Below are positions 49,895 through 59,511 of a stretch of DNA of 64,000 nucleotides, one piece after another (the stretch's first letter is position 1; the number at the start of each line of letters is the position of its first letter). A program made the translations under genes and the position numbers. The notes under the pieces were generated by a model. That model did no database searches and was not told the origin of the DNA. It saw nothing but the letters and a program-made list of their open reading frames with translations. The DNA comes from Alphaproteobacteria bacterium (GTDB lineage: Bacteria > Pseudomonadota > Alphaproteobacteria > UBA7887). The DNA lies in contig CBDCGL010000011.1 of NCBI GenBank assembly GCA_965216755.1, forward strand, positions 2,048,001 through 2,112,000. The letters are read 5' to 3'.

Positions 49895-51115
49895 ATGGTC
49901 GACCCCAGTTACACGCGCCCTTTCGCCGGAATCCGTGTTATCGATTTTAGCCAAGGCCTGGCCGGCCCCTATTGTGGTCAAATGCTCGCCGCCTACGGCG
50001 CGGATGTCATCAAGGTCGAACCACGCGAAGGCGACTGGTCACGCCAGCTCGGCACCCGCCACGGCGCGCACACGGCCCTGGAAATGGCGGTCAATCGAGG
50101 CAAACGCAGTATCGCGCTTGATCTCAAGTCTGACGCTGGCCGCGACGCCGCGTTGTCGCTGATCAATGACAGCGACGTAATCATCGAGAGTTTCAGACCC
50201 GGAGCCGCCGACCGGCTGGGCATAGGCTTTGAGCAAGTCTCTGCCCTGAATCCAAGAGCGTTGTATGTCTCGATCAATGGCTATGGCCGCACGGGTCCCT
50301 ATGCCCAGCGATCCTGCACGGACACGGTGGCACAAGCGTTCTCAGGTATTATGGCACTGAACCGAGACGGCCACAGCCAACCCCAGCGTGTCGGCATTGT
50401 ATTGGTCGACACAGTGACGGCCATGTTCGCCTTTCAGGCCGTGGCAACGTCGCTCTACGCCAGGCGAAACCAAGGCCGGCTCATTGATGTAAGCCTGATG
50501 CAATCGGCGGCCGCTTTTTTGGCGCCCAAAATCGTCGAACAGCATTTGGAAGGCGAGGCCCCTCGCGCCCTCAATGCCCCCGCGGGAAGCTACCAAACGG
50601 CCGACGGTTGGATCGCGGTCACATTGGTCCGCGAAAGCCACTTCCCGGCCATTTGCGGTGTATTGTCGCGGCCCGATTTGGTGACCGACCGGCGTTTCGC
50701 AGACCCGCACGACCGGGCCGATTCGGCCGCCGAGTTGATCGCCATCGTGCGGGATATCATACGCGCGCGACCAAGCGCCGTGTGGCTGGAGGCATTTGCC
50801 AAGGCGGGCGTGCTGTGCAACCCGATAAACGATTTGGCGGCGTGGCGCGCAGATCCGCACGTCAAGGCTGTTGACGCTGCGCCGATGATGCCGCAAGACG
50901 CGGTCGGCGCTATACCGTTACCGCGGCTTCCGGGCCAACCGAGCGACGCGGTCGAAAATCTCACCGCCGGCGCGCCTGTCGTGGGTGAACACACCATCGC
51001 CATACTCCGGGAACTTGGCTATGACGCAGTCGCGATTGATAATCTGCGCGCGGCGAAGGTCATCGCTGATGAACAGGCTGAGCCCACAGCGCTCGCGAAA
51101 GCGCAGGCCAGATGA
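49895..51115 (+). CDS. family III CoA transferase (CaiB/BaiF)
   Basis: DFSQGLAGP, GADVIKVEP, NRGKRSIALDLK, ESFRPG, GEHT. Confidence 0.92.
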   Translation: MVDPSYTRPFAGIRVIDFSQGLAGPYCGQMLAAYGADVIKVEPREGDWSRQLGTRHGAHTALEMAVNRGKRSIALDLKSDAGRDAALSLINDSDVIIESFRPGAADRLGIGFEQVSALNPRALYVSINGYGRTGPYAQRSCTDTVAQAFSGIMALNRDGHSQPQRVGIVLVDTVTAMFAFQAVATSLYARRNQGRLIDVSLMQSAAAFLAPKIVEQHLEGEAPRALNAPAGSYQTADGWIAVTLVRESHFPAICGVLSRPDLVTDRRFADPHDRADSAAELIAIVRDIIRARPSAVWLEAFAKAGVLCNPINDLAAWRADPHVKAVDAAPMMPQDAVGAIPLPRLPGQPSDAVENLTAGAPVVGEHTIAILRELGYDAVAIDNLRAAKVIADEQAEPTALAKAQAR

Positions 51116-51573
51116 CCGACAAGCGCCGTCGCTGGCCACCTCGCTTTGACGATTTCAAAAAAGGGGATCAATTTGAAAGTTATCGGCGCACGGTTACCGA
51201 AAGCGACCTGATCACTTTCACGGGCCTGGCCGGATTGAAACTGCCAGTCTTCTTGGATGAAGACTTCGCGCGCGACGAGTCGCCTTATGGTCGGCGCATC
51301 GTGCCCGGTTTTCTAACGGCGGCGCTGTCCGCTGGCATGATGGAAAGCGTGCTTGGCCCCGATTTGGTCGCAGGCCTCGGCATGGACGCGTTTCAGTTTC
51401 ACAGCCCTGTCCGCCCAGGCGACACCATCCGCGCGCGGTTTACTGTGAATCAAGCACGGCCGACCAGGGATCGATCACGGGGAGTCCTCACACTCCATAT
51501 CGAAGTGCTCAATCAGGATACGCAATGCGTCCTGGAGTACATGGCCACCGTGATGATGCTTGCCCGAGTCTAA
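51112..51573 (+). CDS. MaoC-family (hotdog) dehydratase
   Basis: RRTVTESD, FTGLAG, YGRRIVPG, PVRPGDTI; ATGA overlap. Confidence 0.85.
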   Translation: MTDKRRRWPPRFDDFKKGDQFESYRRTVTESDLITFTGLAGLKLPVFLDEDFARDESPYGRRIVPGFLTAALSAGMMESVLGPDLVAGLGMDAFQFHSPVRPGDTIRARFTVNQARPTRDRSRGVLTLHIEVLNQDTQCVLEYMATVMMLARV

Positions 51574-52496
51574 ACGGGGTCCCAAGCAAACACGTCGGTC
51601 GTAACATCTAGATTGTAGAACGAGCTGCTCAAGGCCGGGATGGCATGGGCGCTGACGGCCTGCGGTGTCCAACCCGCGCCGCGGTGAACTGATCGCAGCG
51701 GACGGGATTGGCCCATCAAGAATATCTCGTTGTTACGGACCGCGAAGATCTGACCCGTAACACCAGCTTCGGTCGCCCGGTCGCTGAGCAAATAGACCGC
51801 CAACGGCGCAATTTTATCCGGCGTCATTTCCTTGAGTCGCTCCACGCGCGCAGCCTGGGCCTCGTTTTGGATTGGGATCGTGCCAATCATGCGGCTCCAT
51901 GCGAACGGAGATATGCAGTTCGAGCGCACGTTGAAGCGATGCATGTCGAGCGCGATCGATTTCGACAAACCGGTTATGCCCAATTTTGCTGCGGCATAGT
52001 TTGCCTGGCCAACATTGCCGATCAAACCGCTGGTCGAGGTCATGTGGACGAAAGCGCCGTGACCCTGCTCGCGAAACCGCGCCGCCGCCGCCCGGCTGAC
52101 GTTGAAGCTGCCTTTCAAATGAACCCCGATCACGGCATCCCAATCCGCTTCCGTCATTTTGTGAAAAATGACATCGCGCAAAATACCGGCATTGTTGACC
52201 ACCGCATCAAGTCGACCAAAGCGCTCAACCGCGGCCGCAACCATGGCCTCCGCCGCCGCAAAATCCGTCACACTATCGAAATTGGTGATGGCCTCGCCGC
52301 CCGCTTCGGCAATCTCATTGACGACTTCCAGCGCCGGTACTTGGTCGGTGCCCTCGCCTTTCTCTGTACCGCCAAGGTCGTTGACAACGACTCGCGCGCC
52401 CTCGGCCGCCAATAGCTTGGCGATGCCGCGGCCAATCCCCCGGCCGGCCCCCGTGACCAGAACCACTTTGTCCCTGACGATGCCTTCACCACTCAT
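51570..52496 (-). CDS. short-chain dehydrogenase/reductase (hydroxyacyl-CoA dehydrogenase-like)
   Basis: TGAGRGIG, VNDLGG, NNAGILRD, GQANYAAAK. Confidence 0.92.
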   Translation of the reverse strand: MSGEGIVRDKVVLVTGAGRGIGRGIAKLLAAEGARVVVNDLGGTEKGEGTDQVPALEVVNEIAEAGGEAITNFDSVTDFAAAEAMVAAAVERFGRLDAVVNNAGILRDVIFHKMTEADWDAVIGVHLKGSFNVSRAAAARFREQGHGAFVHMTSTSGLIGNVGQANYAAAKLGITGLSKSIALDMHRFNVRSNCISPFAWSRMIGTIPIQNEAQAARVERLKEMTPDKIAPLAVYLLSDRATEAGVTGQIFAVRNNEIFLMGQSRPLRSVHRGAGWTPQAVSAHAIPALSSSFYNLDVTTDVFAWDPV

Positions 52497-52556
52497 CGTT
52501 CACGCTCCTAGCGGTTTTGCTCAAGTTTTGATCTGGATAGGGCCGAAAGACCGCTG

Positions 52557-53405
52557 TCAATGCGGTCGATCGCCGCCCAATGACACGCGATGCATGACGC
52601 GGCGATGGCCATGATAGTCGTTCAACGGATAGTGCAAGCTGGCGCGATTGTCCCAAAACGCCAGGGACCCCGGCCGCCACTGAAATCGGCAGGTAAATTC
52701 CGGTTTGATCTGATGCGCAAACAGAAAGTCGAGCAAAGGCTCGCTTTCCACTTCCGTCATCCCCTCAAAGCAGCAGGTGTGCGCGGAATTCACAAACAAT
52801 GATTTCCGGCCGGTCTCTGGATGCACCCGTACAACTGGGTGAATTGCCGACGCTCCCTGATCGCTGTCGGACCGGCCGTGGCTCGCCACCAGGGCCCGTC
52901 GGGTGTTTGCGACGGCCGTGCTGTCGGCCCGATTGACCGCCCTTAGCTGACCCAAGAGTCGCTTCAAACCGTTCGACAAACTGTCATAGGCCAAATACGT
53001 GTTGGCGAACAGCGTGTCGCCACCCGTCGCAGGGGTCTCAACGGCATAGAGAACCGTGCCCATTGCGGGGCAGTCCAGATAACCGGTATCGAAATGCCAT
53101 ATGCCACCAAAATTGATCGTGTCGGCCGGTTCCTTAATGAGCGGTAAAACGAGCGGACACTCGGCGAGCCCCGCCACATAGGGGTACTCCACCGGACTGC
53201 CGAATTGGGCCGCGAATGCCAGTAGTTGCGCCGGCGCCAGGTTTTGATCCCGGAAAAAAATAACGACATGCTGCAGCAGCGCTTGGCGGATCGCCTGAAT
53301 CGTTGCTTGATCCAGCGGACGCGACAATTCCAAGCCGTGGATTTCGGCGCCAAGCGCGGCGGCAATCGGTCGAATCTCAAGTACACCGGGCGGATTTCCA
53401 GGCAT
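52557..53405 (-). CDS. TauD/TfdA Fe(II)/2-oxoglutarate dioxygenase
   Basis: LGAEI, VIFFRDQ, WHFD, GGDTLF, HPVVRVHPETG, WDNRASLH. Confidence 0.92.
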   Translation of the reverse strand: MPGNPPGVLEIRPIAAALGAEIHGLELSRPLDQATIQAIRQALLQHVVIFFRDQNLAPAQLLAFAAQFGSPVEYPYVAGLAECPLVLPLIKEPADTINFGGIWHFDTGYLDCPAMGTVLYAVETPATGGDTLFANTYLAYDSLSNGLKRLLGQLRAVNRADSTAVANTRRALVASHGRSDSDQGASAIHPVVRVHPETGRKSLFVNSAHTCCFEGMTEVESEPLLDFLFAHQIKPEFTCRFQWRPGSLAFWDNRASLHYPLNDYHGHRRVMHRVSLGGDRPH

Positions 53406-53608
53406 TGTCTAAGTCCTCAGCGCGACTTGGCAGTCTGACCTGCCCTTGCGACCAACGCTTGATAGTATCAAAGTAGCAGCGATTTTGCCGACCTTGTGCG
53501 CGCGGGCCTGTTAAACCAATAATTAATCGCCATTTGATTCCTAAAGCCTGTCGCGCGCAACGCCAATGGGGCGTTGGCCACCGAAAACAACCTTGCGGCG
53601 GACAAGCT

Positions 53609-54463
53609 ATGACGACACTCCAATCGACAAGACGTTTGATCAAATTGGGCCTGTTGATGGCGTGCACGGTCACAGTATGGCCCGTGGTACCGGCGGCGGC
53701 CCAGCAAGTCGCCGCAGTCAATAATTTCAATTGTCGAGGGTCTCTGCCGGAATGGTCGCTGCGGATCAATGCCGAACGCAGCGTCTACAGCAGACTGGCG
53801 GCGACGGGACCACAAAATACTGAATTGGATGGATTTTTCGGCAGTGCCGGGAGAGGTGGGACGCGCAGCTATGTGTGGCGTGGCGTCGGTGGTGCCTCAG
53901 GTCATCCCTTGGTGGCCGTAATCAATGAACAAGCCTGCTACGAACCCCCCAATAATCCCGAATCGTCGGATTTCCACGCGGTGGTGTCGTTGCCGGATGG
54001 CGAGATCCTTACCGGCTGTTGTCAGGCCGATTTCACCGTGGCGGCAACGGCGAATGCCGCCGTCAATCCGGTGGTGTGGCCGGATGCCGATCTCGCCGCC
54101 CGCGCGCCCGGCGACTGGTCTAGCAATTTGCTAGATCTGTTGCCAATTATCCGGACATGCCTGCGACGAACACCCGGCTACGCCCCGTTTGTTCTCAAGG
54201 CATGGCCCTTAAATCGGGGCTTTGTTGGGGTGCGGACACAGAACAGCGAAGGCAACCGGTTCGAATGTGTGGCGACGGCAAATGGTGCAAACCAGATGTT
54301 CCGAGACCTGTCGCCAACCGCCGCGCCCTTGCCGGGTGAGGCCGCACCAGCGTTTACACCAGCGCCGCAACATCCGCCCACGGACGCTTGCTATTGGCAT
54401 GAACGGGTGCTCGATGAAGACGGGCAGCCCATCGGTTGGCTATCGAACATGCGCTGTGGCTAG
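53609..54463 (+). CDS. secreted Cys-rich hypothetical protein
   Basis: Signal peptide; N-terminal CRGSLPEWSL...GCC resembles COG3650-type domains. Confidence 0.7.
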   Translation: MTTLQSTRRLIKLGLLMACTVTVWPVVPAAAQQVAAVNNFNCRGSLPEWSLRINAERSVYSRLAATGPQNTELDGFFGSAGRGGTRSYVWRGVGGASGHPLVAVINEQACYEPPNNPESSDFHAVVSLPDGEILTGCCQADFTVAATANAAVNPVVWPDADLAARAPGDWSSNLLDLLPIIRTCLRRTPGYAPFVLKAWPLNRGFVGVRTQNSEGNRFECVATANGANQMFRDLSPTAAPLPGEAAPAFTPAPQHPPTDACYWHERVLDEDGQPIGWLSNMRCG

Positions 54464-54490
54464 CTGCCCCGGCGCCAATAGAGGTCGCCC

Positions 54491-55303
54491 ATGAATTGGT
54501 CACTATCCCGACAGCTCGGAATTCTCTGGATCGCGTGTTTTTTGACAGCCGCTTTTGTCCAGAATGGCCAAGCCGATATCCTGGAAAATGGGCCATTCAA
54601 AGTTGAGGCCGTCGTCATAGGGCCGTTCAGCGGCCAATTGACAATCGCAGTCCAAACCCATGGTGACGTGACCGTTCGGGCGGAGGGATCCGCTGAACAA
54701 CTCGAAAAGATGACCGTCACCGAGAGCGGCGGCCAACTCGCAATACGTGGTCCGAAGACAACGGTGACATCGTCATCGACCACTATCGTCAGCAACAACA
54801 CGGTCATCGTCGGCGATGGCGGTCGCGCGCAAATCACAATCGATGGCGTCGACGTAACCAAAGACGCTGAAGATCCGGTGGTTTTGGAGGTGATCGTGCC
54901 GGCTGGAACGCGCGTTGATATGAGGGAATTCGTCGGCGACGCCGTTATCGGCGACATTTTGGCGCCACTGCATGTTGAACTGCTGAGCGGCGAAGTTCGT
55001 GCTGGACAAATCGCTGATGGCGACCTGATCGTGCAGGGTGCCGGCAATGTCCACGTCGCCAGCATTGATGGCCAACTCGGCATGGTGGTTAACGGCAGTG
55101 GGTCCATTGCGGTCGAAAGCGGTCGCGCTAATGGCCTCAACGGAGAAGTCAATGGCAGCGGCAGCCTTCATTTTGGTGGCCATGCTGAAACCGCCTCTGT
55201 CAGTGTCAATGGCGTGGGCACGGTCAACGTCGCCCATGTTGACAGGCGTCCGCACACGGCGATCAACGGCATTGGGTCTGTCGAGTTCGGCAACTGGCGG
55301 TAG
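54491..55303 (+). CDS. GIN/DUF2807-like beta-solenoid secreted protein
   Basis: Signal peptide; repeated V(N/Q)G(S/A/V)G(S/N/T)V units in the C-terminal half. Confidence 0.75.
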   Translation: MNWSLSRQLGILWIACFLTAAFVQNGQADILENGPFKVEAVVIGPFSGQLTIAVQTHGDVTVRAEGSAEQLEKMTVTESGGQLAIRGPKTTVTSSSTTIVSNNTVIVGDGGRAQITIDGVDVTKDAEDPVVLEVIVPAGTRVDMREFVGDAVIGDILAPLHVELLSGEVRAGQIADGDLIVQGAGNVHVASIDGQLGMVVNGSGSIAVESGRANGLNGEVNGSGSLHFGGHAETASVSVNGVGTVNVAHVDRRPHTAINGIGSVEFGNWR

Positions 55304-55432
55304 CGACAAGATCCACTAAGATCGGCCCGCGTCCCAAAATACCCGCGTCACGCATTTTCTAGAGCGCTTGCAGCGCCGCAACGACGGCGGGATACTGCGA
55401 CGCGTGACAGTGAGAGCAAGGGAGGCGCCTTG

Positions 55433-56191
55433 ATGCGCGAGAACAATGTCCGTACCATCTGGAGTCAAGGGGGCGCGGTGGTCAACGGTTGGCTTGGCAT
55501 TGCGAATGCCTACAGCGCCGAAATTATCGCCAACGAACCGTTCGACAGCGTCACGGTCGACACCCAGCATGGCATGGTCGACTTCCAAGCCGGCATCGGC
55601 ATGCTTCAGGCCATCTCGACAACCGACAAGACGCCGCTGGCGCGTGTCGCGTGGAACGACCCGGCCCTGATCATGAAATTGCTCGATGCCGGCGCCTACG
55701 GCATCGTTTGTCCGATGATCAACAACAAGGACGAGTGCGAGCGGTTCGTCGGGGCCTGCCGCTATGCCCCCCAAGGCTATCGCAGTTTTGGCCCGCCGCG
55801 AGGCCTGCTCTATGGCGGCAGCGACTACGCGGCCCACGCCAACGATACGATCATCACGATGGCAATGATCGAAACAAGCGAAGCAATGGCCAACCTCGAT
55901 TCCATCATGTCGGTCGATGGCCTGGACGGTATCTATGTCGGCCCCAGCGACTTGGCGATCAGTTTGGGTCATCCACCCTCACCCGAACCCAAGGATCCGG
56001 ACGTGATCGATGCGGTTGCCACCATCGTGGCGGCGGCCAAACGCAATAATGTCGCCGCTGGAATCCATTGTCCGAATGGGGCCTCGGCGAAAGACAAGAT
56101 CGCGTCTGGTTTCCAATTCGTCACGATTGCCAATGATGCGCGGTTGATGGCGGCGGCGGCCCGCAGTGAAATTGCGGCGGCCCGGGCCTGA
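55433..56191 (+). CDS. HpcH/HpaI class II aldolase
   Basis: VDTQHG, LDAGAYGIVCP, RYAPQGYRS, MIET, YVGPSDL; GGAGG RBS. Confidence 0.92.
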   Translation: MRENNVRTIWSQGGAVVNGWLGIANAYSAEIIANEPFDSVTVDTQHGMVDFQAGIGMLQAISTTDKTPLARVAWNDPALIMKLLDAGAYGIVCPMINNKDECERFVGACRYAPQGYRSFGPPRGLLYGGSDYAAHANDTIITMAMIETSEAMANLDSIMSVDGLDGIYVGPSDLAISLGHPPSPEPKDPDVIDAVATIVAAAKRNNVAAGIHCPNGASAKDKIASGFQFVTIANDARLMAAAARSEIAAARA

Positions 56192-56215
56192 CCCCACGGT
56201 CGGTTTGTCTCCGCA

Positions 56216-57322
56216 ATGAAATACAAAGCGGCTGTCCTGCACGAAGTTGGTGGGTTGCTGACAATCGAAGACGTCGAGATGGTCGATCCAAGGCGTGGCG
56301 ACGTTTTGGTACGGCTTGGTGCCAGTGGTCTGTGCCATACCGATCTTGAGGTCATTCAGGGGTCCTTGGCCTATCCGTTGCCGATTGTGCTGGGCCATGA
56401 AGGCGCCGGCGTCGTTGAAGCGGTTGGTGACGGGGTTACGATCGTCCAGCCCGGCGACCATGTCATTTGTTCTTGGAATCCCAGCTGCGGCCATTGTTTC
56501 CATTGCGACCGCGATCAACCGATCCTATGCGAGCAGTTCCGTGCCACCCAACCCAAAGGCCATCTGATGGACGGCACCTCGCGCCTACGGGTCGGCGGCG
56601 AAAAGTTGCACCATTTCTCCGAGGTGTCCTCGCATGCGGAATACTGTGTCGTGCCCGACAGTGGTGTGGTCGCGGTGCCGAAAGACATTCCCTTTGACCG
56701 CGCTTGCCTGATCGGCTGCGGTGTCATGACCGGCGTCGGCGCAGTGACCAACGTCGCTGACGTGCCGATCGGGGCCAGTGTCGCCGTGTTTGGTGTCGGC
56801 GCCGTCGGCCTCAACGTCGTCCAAGGCGCGCGCTTGGCCGGCGCGGAACCGATTATCGCGATCGACGTGAACGACCAAAGGCTGGAATTGGCACGACAAT
56901 TCGGCGCAACGGATGCGATCAATGCCGAAGTCGACGACCCCGTCGCGCGGATTGCCGGTCTAACGGGCGGGCGTCACGCCGACTATGTGTTTGAGGCCGC
57001 CGGCATCGTCCCCACGCTGGCAGCATGTTTGGAAGCGACACGACCGGGCGGCATGCTGGTGTTGTTGGGCAAAACCAACGTTGATGCCGAGGTGTCCGTG
57101 CGCTGGGGTGCCATGATGGGCGAAAAGATGATCACCCGGTCATCCTACGGCGGCGCGCGCCCGCGCCGCGATTTCCCACTGTTGGCTCGGGCTTATCTGG
57201 ATGGTCGGCTGATGCTCGACGAGCTGATCAGCCAGCGCATCGCCATCGACCAGATCAACGACGGCTTTGCCGATATGGTGCGCGGCGCGGCGGTGCGCAC
57301 GGTCATTACATTTCCATCCTAG
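56216..57322 (+). CDS. Zn-dependent alcohol dehydrogenase
   Basis: CHTD, GHEGAG, CGHCFHC...C structural zinc site, GCGVMTG, GVGAVG. Confidence 0.93.
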   Translation: MKYKAAVLHEVGGLLTIEDVEMVDPRRGDVLVRLGASGLCHTDLEVIQGSLAYPLPIVLGHEGAGVVEAVGDGVTIVQPGDHVICSWNPSCGHCFHCDRDQPILCEQFRATQPKGHLMDGTSRLRVGGEKLHHFSEVSSHAEYCVVPDSGVVAVPKDIPFDRACLIGCGVMTGVGAVTNVADVPIGASVAVFGVGAVGLNVVQGARLAGAEPIIAIDVNDQRLELARQFGATDAINAEVDDPVARIAGLTGGRHADYVFEAAGIVPTLAACLEATRPGGMLVLLGKTNVDAEVSVRWGAMMGEKMITRSSYGGARPRRDFPLLARAYLDGRLMLDELISQRIAIDQINDGFADMVRGAAVRTVITFPS

Positions 57323-57410
57323 CTGGCTGCTAGAGCCGGTCACCACGCGCGGCCGCCCGGCAAAAACCGGCCTTGTCGAGACACCACCGCTTCGGTCAAG
57401 ATCCGGTGCC

Positions 57411-59498
57411 ATGAAATCTGGCACCCGCGGACTCAAACTTGCCGTTGACATTGGCGGCACATTTACCGATATCGCGGTCGATTTGGGCGACCGCTACGTC
57501 ACCGATAAGGTTCTGACCACGCCCGAAGGCCCCGAGCACGGCGTTATGGACGGCATTGCACGCGTGCTCGCAAGCACCGAGCTATCTCCCGCCGACATCG
57601 CATTGGTCGTACATGGCACCACATTGGCCACCAACGCGATCATCGAACGCAAAGGTGCCAAGACCGCGCTGATCGTCACCGGAGGCTTTCGCGATTCGGT
57701 GGAGATGGCCTACGAAGACCGCTTCGATCAATATGATCTGCGCATCGAACGCCCCGAGCCATTGGTGCCGCGCTATCTGCGCTGGCCGGTGACCGAGCGG
57801 ATTGCCGCGACCGGCGACGTGCTGGCACCACTCGACCAAGCGTCCGTCGATCGCCTCCCCGCACTGATCGATGAGCATGACATCGCCAGCGTCGCAATCG
57901 GCCTCATCCACGCCTATGTCAATCCCGACCACGAACAGCGTATTGCTGAGCGTCTGTGTGCGGCACGGCCCGACCTTTCGATTTCGCTGTCTTCCGAGGT
58001 GTGTCCAGAAATTCGCGAATATGAGCGGCAGTCGACCACCTGCGCCAACGCATATGTCCAACCGCTGATGGCGCGCTACCTGCGACGGCTCGCAGCGCGC
58101 CTCACCGAAATCGGAATCGCGGGTCCGTTGTTGATGATGACGTCGGGTGGGGGATTGACTGGTTTGGACACAGCAACCCGATTCCCAATCCGACTGGTCG
58201 AGTCCGGACCAGCAGGTGGCGCGATCCTAGCCGGCGATGTTGCCGCTATGTGTGACGCGACGCGGGTACTGTCTTTCGACATGGGCGGCACAACCGCCAA
58301 AATATGTCTCCTGGACGACTTTCAGCCCCAGAACGCACGCGTCTTTGAAGTCGCGCGCGCCTATCGTTTCAAGTCGGGTAGCGGTCTGCCACTCCGAATC
58401 CCGGTTATTGAAATGGTGGAAATTGGCGCGGGCGGCGGTTCGATTGCACAAGTTGACAATCTCAGCCGAGTTACCGTGGGGCCGGAGAGCGCCGGTGCCG
58501 CGCCCGGTCCCGCGTGCTATGACCGCGGTGGTGTCGACGCGACAGTGACTGACGCCGATGTCACCTTGGGGCGCATCGTGCCGTCGCACTTTGCCGGCGG
58601 CACCATGTCCCTGGCGCCGGACTTGGCACAGCGCGCGCTTGTGCGCGGTGTTGGCGATGCGCTCAATTTGGACGGGCCCCACGCGGCTTACGCGGTCGGC
58701 GAAATTGTCGACGAGGCCATGGCCAACGCCGCGCGCGTTCATGCGGTAGAACGCGGAAAAGATGTTACAGGGCGTACATTGATTGCGTTCGGCGGTGCGG
58801 CCCCCCTGCATGCCGCGCGCTTGGCCGAAAAGCTGGGCATTGACGAGATTATCGTGCCCGCCGATGCCGGCGTCGGCTCAGCCATCGGTCTTTTGCGCGC
58901 GCCGATCGCTTATGAAGTGGTGCGCAGCCGCTACATGTTGCTGTCGCAATTCGACCATGCCGCAGCCAACGACACCTTAGAGAAGATGCGCGCGGAGGCG
59001 GCGCGGGTGGTCGCGTCGGCCGCGCCCGATCAACCGGTGGCCGAGACCCGCGGCGCCTATATGCGCTATGTCGGCCAAGGGCACGAAATCGCCGTGCCAT
59101 TGCCGCGACAGGCTTTGGTCGAGGGCGATGGTGATGCAGTCGGACACGCCTTTCGTGACGCATATGAAAACCAGTATGGTCGCGCCATCCCGGGCGTTGA
59201 CGTGGAAATCTTGAGCTGGACTCTGCAACTCGGCACGACGCCGATGCGCCCGGATCGGGTGCCGGAGCCGGCCGCCTCGGTGCCGCCGCCAGCCGGGGAA
59301 TATCAATCCGTATTCGACGCCGACAAGGGGGCTTTTACCGAAATCGCCGTCTTGCAGCGTGACGATTTGCCGCCGGGCGCGATTGTCGATGGTCCCGCCC
59401 TGATCGTGGAACGACAAACCACGACCGTTGTCGCCGCCAACCTGCGCGCATCGGTCGACGGCCATCGGCACATCGTCCTGACACGCAAGCCCGACTAG
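57411..59498 (+). CDS. hydantoinase/oxoprolinase subunit A (ATP-dependent)
   Basis: DIGGTFTD, HGTTLATN, ESGPAGG, DMGGTT, GAGGGS, PGPACY, FGGAAPLH. Confidence 0.93.
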   Translation: MKSGTRGLKLAVDIGGTFTDIAVDLGDRYVTDKVLTTPEGPEHGVMDGIARVLASTELSPADIALVVHGTTLATNAIIERKGAKTALIVTGGFRDSVEMAYEDRFDQYDLRIERPEPLVPRYLRWPVTERIAATGDVLAPLDQASVDRLPALIDEHDIASVAIGLIHAYVNPDHEQRIAERLCAARPDLSISLSSEVCPEIREYERQSTTCANAYVQPLMARYLRRLAARLTEIGIAGPLLMMTSGGGLTGLDTATRFPIRLVESGPAGGAILAGDVAAMCDATRVLSFDMGGTTAKICLLDDFQPQNARVFEVARAYRFKSGSGLPLRIPVIEMVEIGAGGGSIAQVDNLSRVTVGPESAGAAPGPACYDRGGVDATVTDADVTLGRIVPSHFAGGTMSLAPDLAQRALVRGVGDALNLDGPHAAYAVGEIVDEAMANAARVHAVERGKDVTGRTLIAFGGAAPLHAARLAEKLGIDEIIVPADAGVGSAIGLLRAPIAYEVVRSRYMLLSQFDHAAANDTLEKMRAEAARVVASAAPDQPVAETRGAYMRYVGQGHEIAVPLPRQALVEGDGDAVGHAFRDAYENQYGRAIPGVDVEILSWTLQLGTTPMRPDRVPEPAASVPPPAGEYQSVFDADKGAFTEIAVLQRDDLPPGAIVDGPALIVERQTTTVVAANLRASVDGHRHIVLTRKPD

Positions 59499-59511
59499 CG
59501 GGGAGACCGTA

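Noticed and set aside
53511-53526. CtrA box
   Set aside because: Spacing is TTAA-N8-TTAA, not the canonical N7
55359-57340. Additional CTAGAGC words near 55360 and 57330 as MITE ends
   Set aside because: Similarity does not extend into the GTGTCC.ACAATATTGAA core
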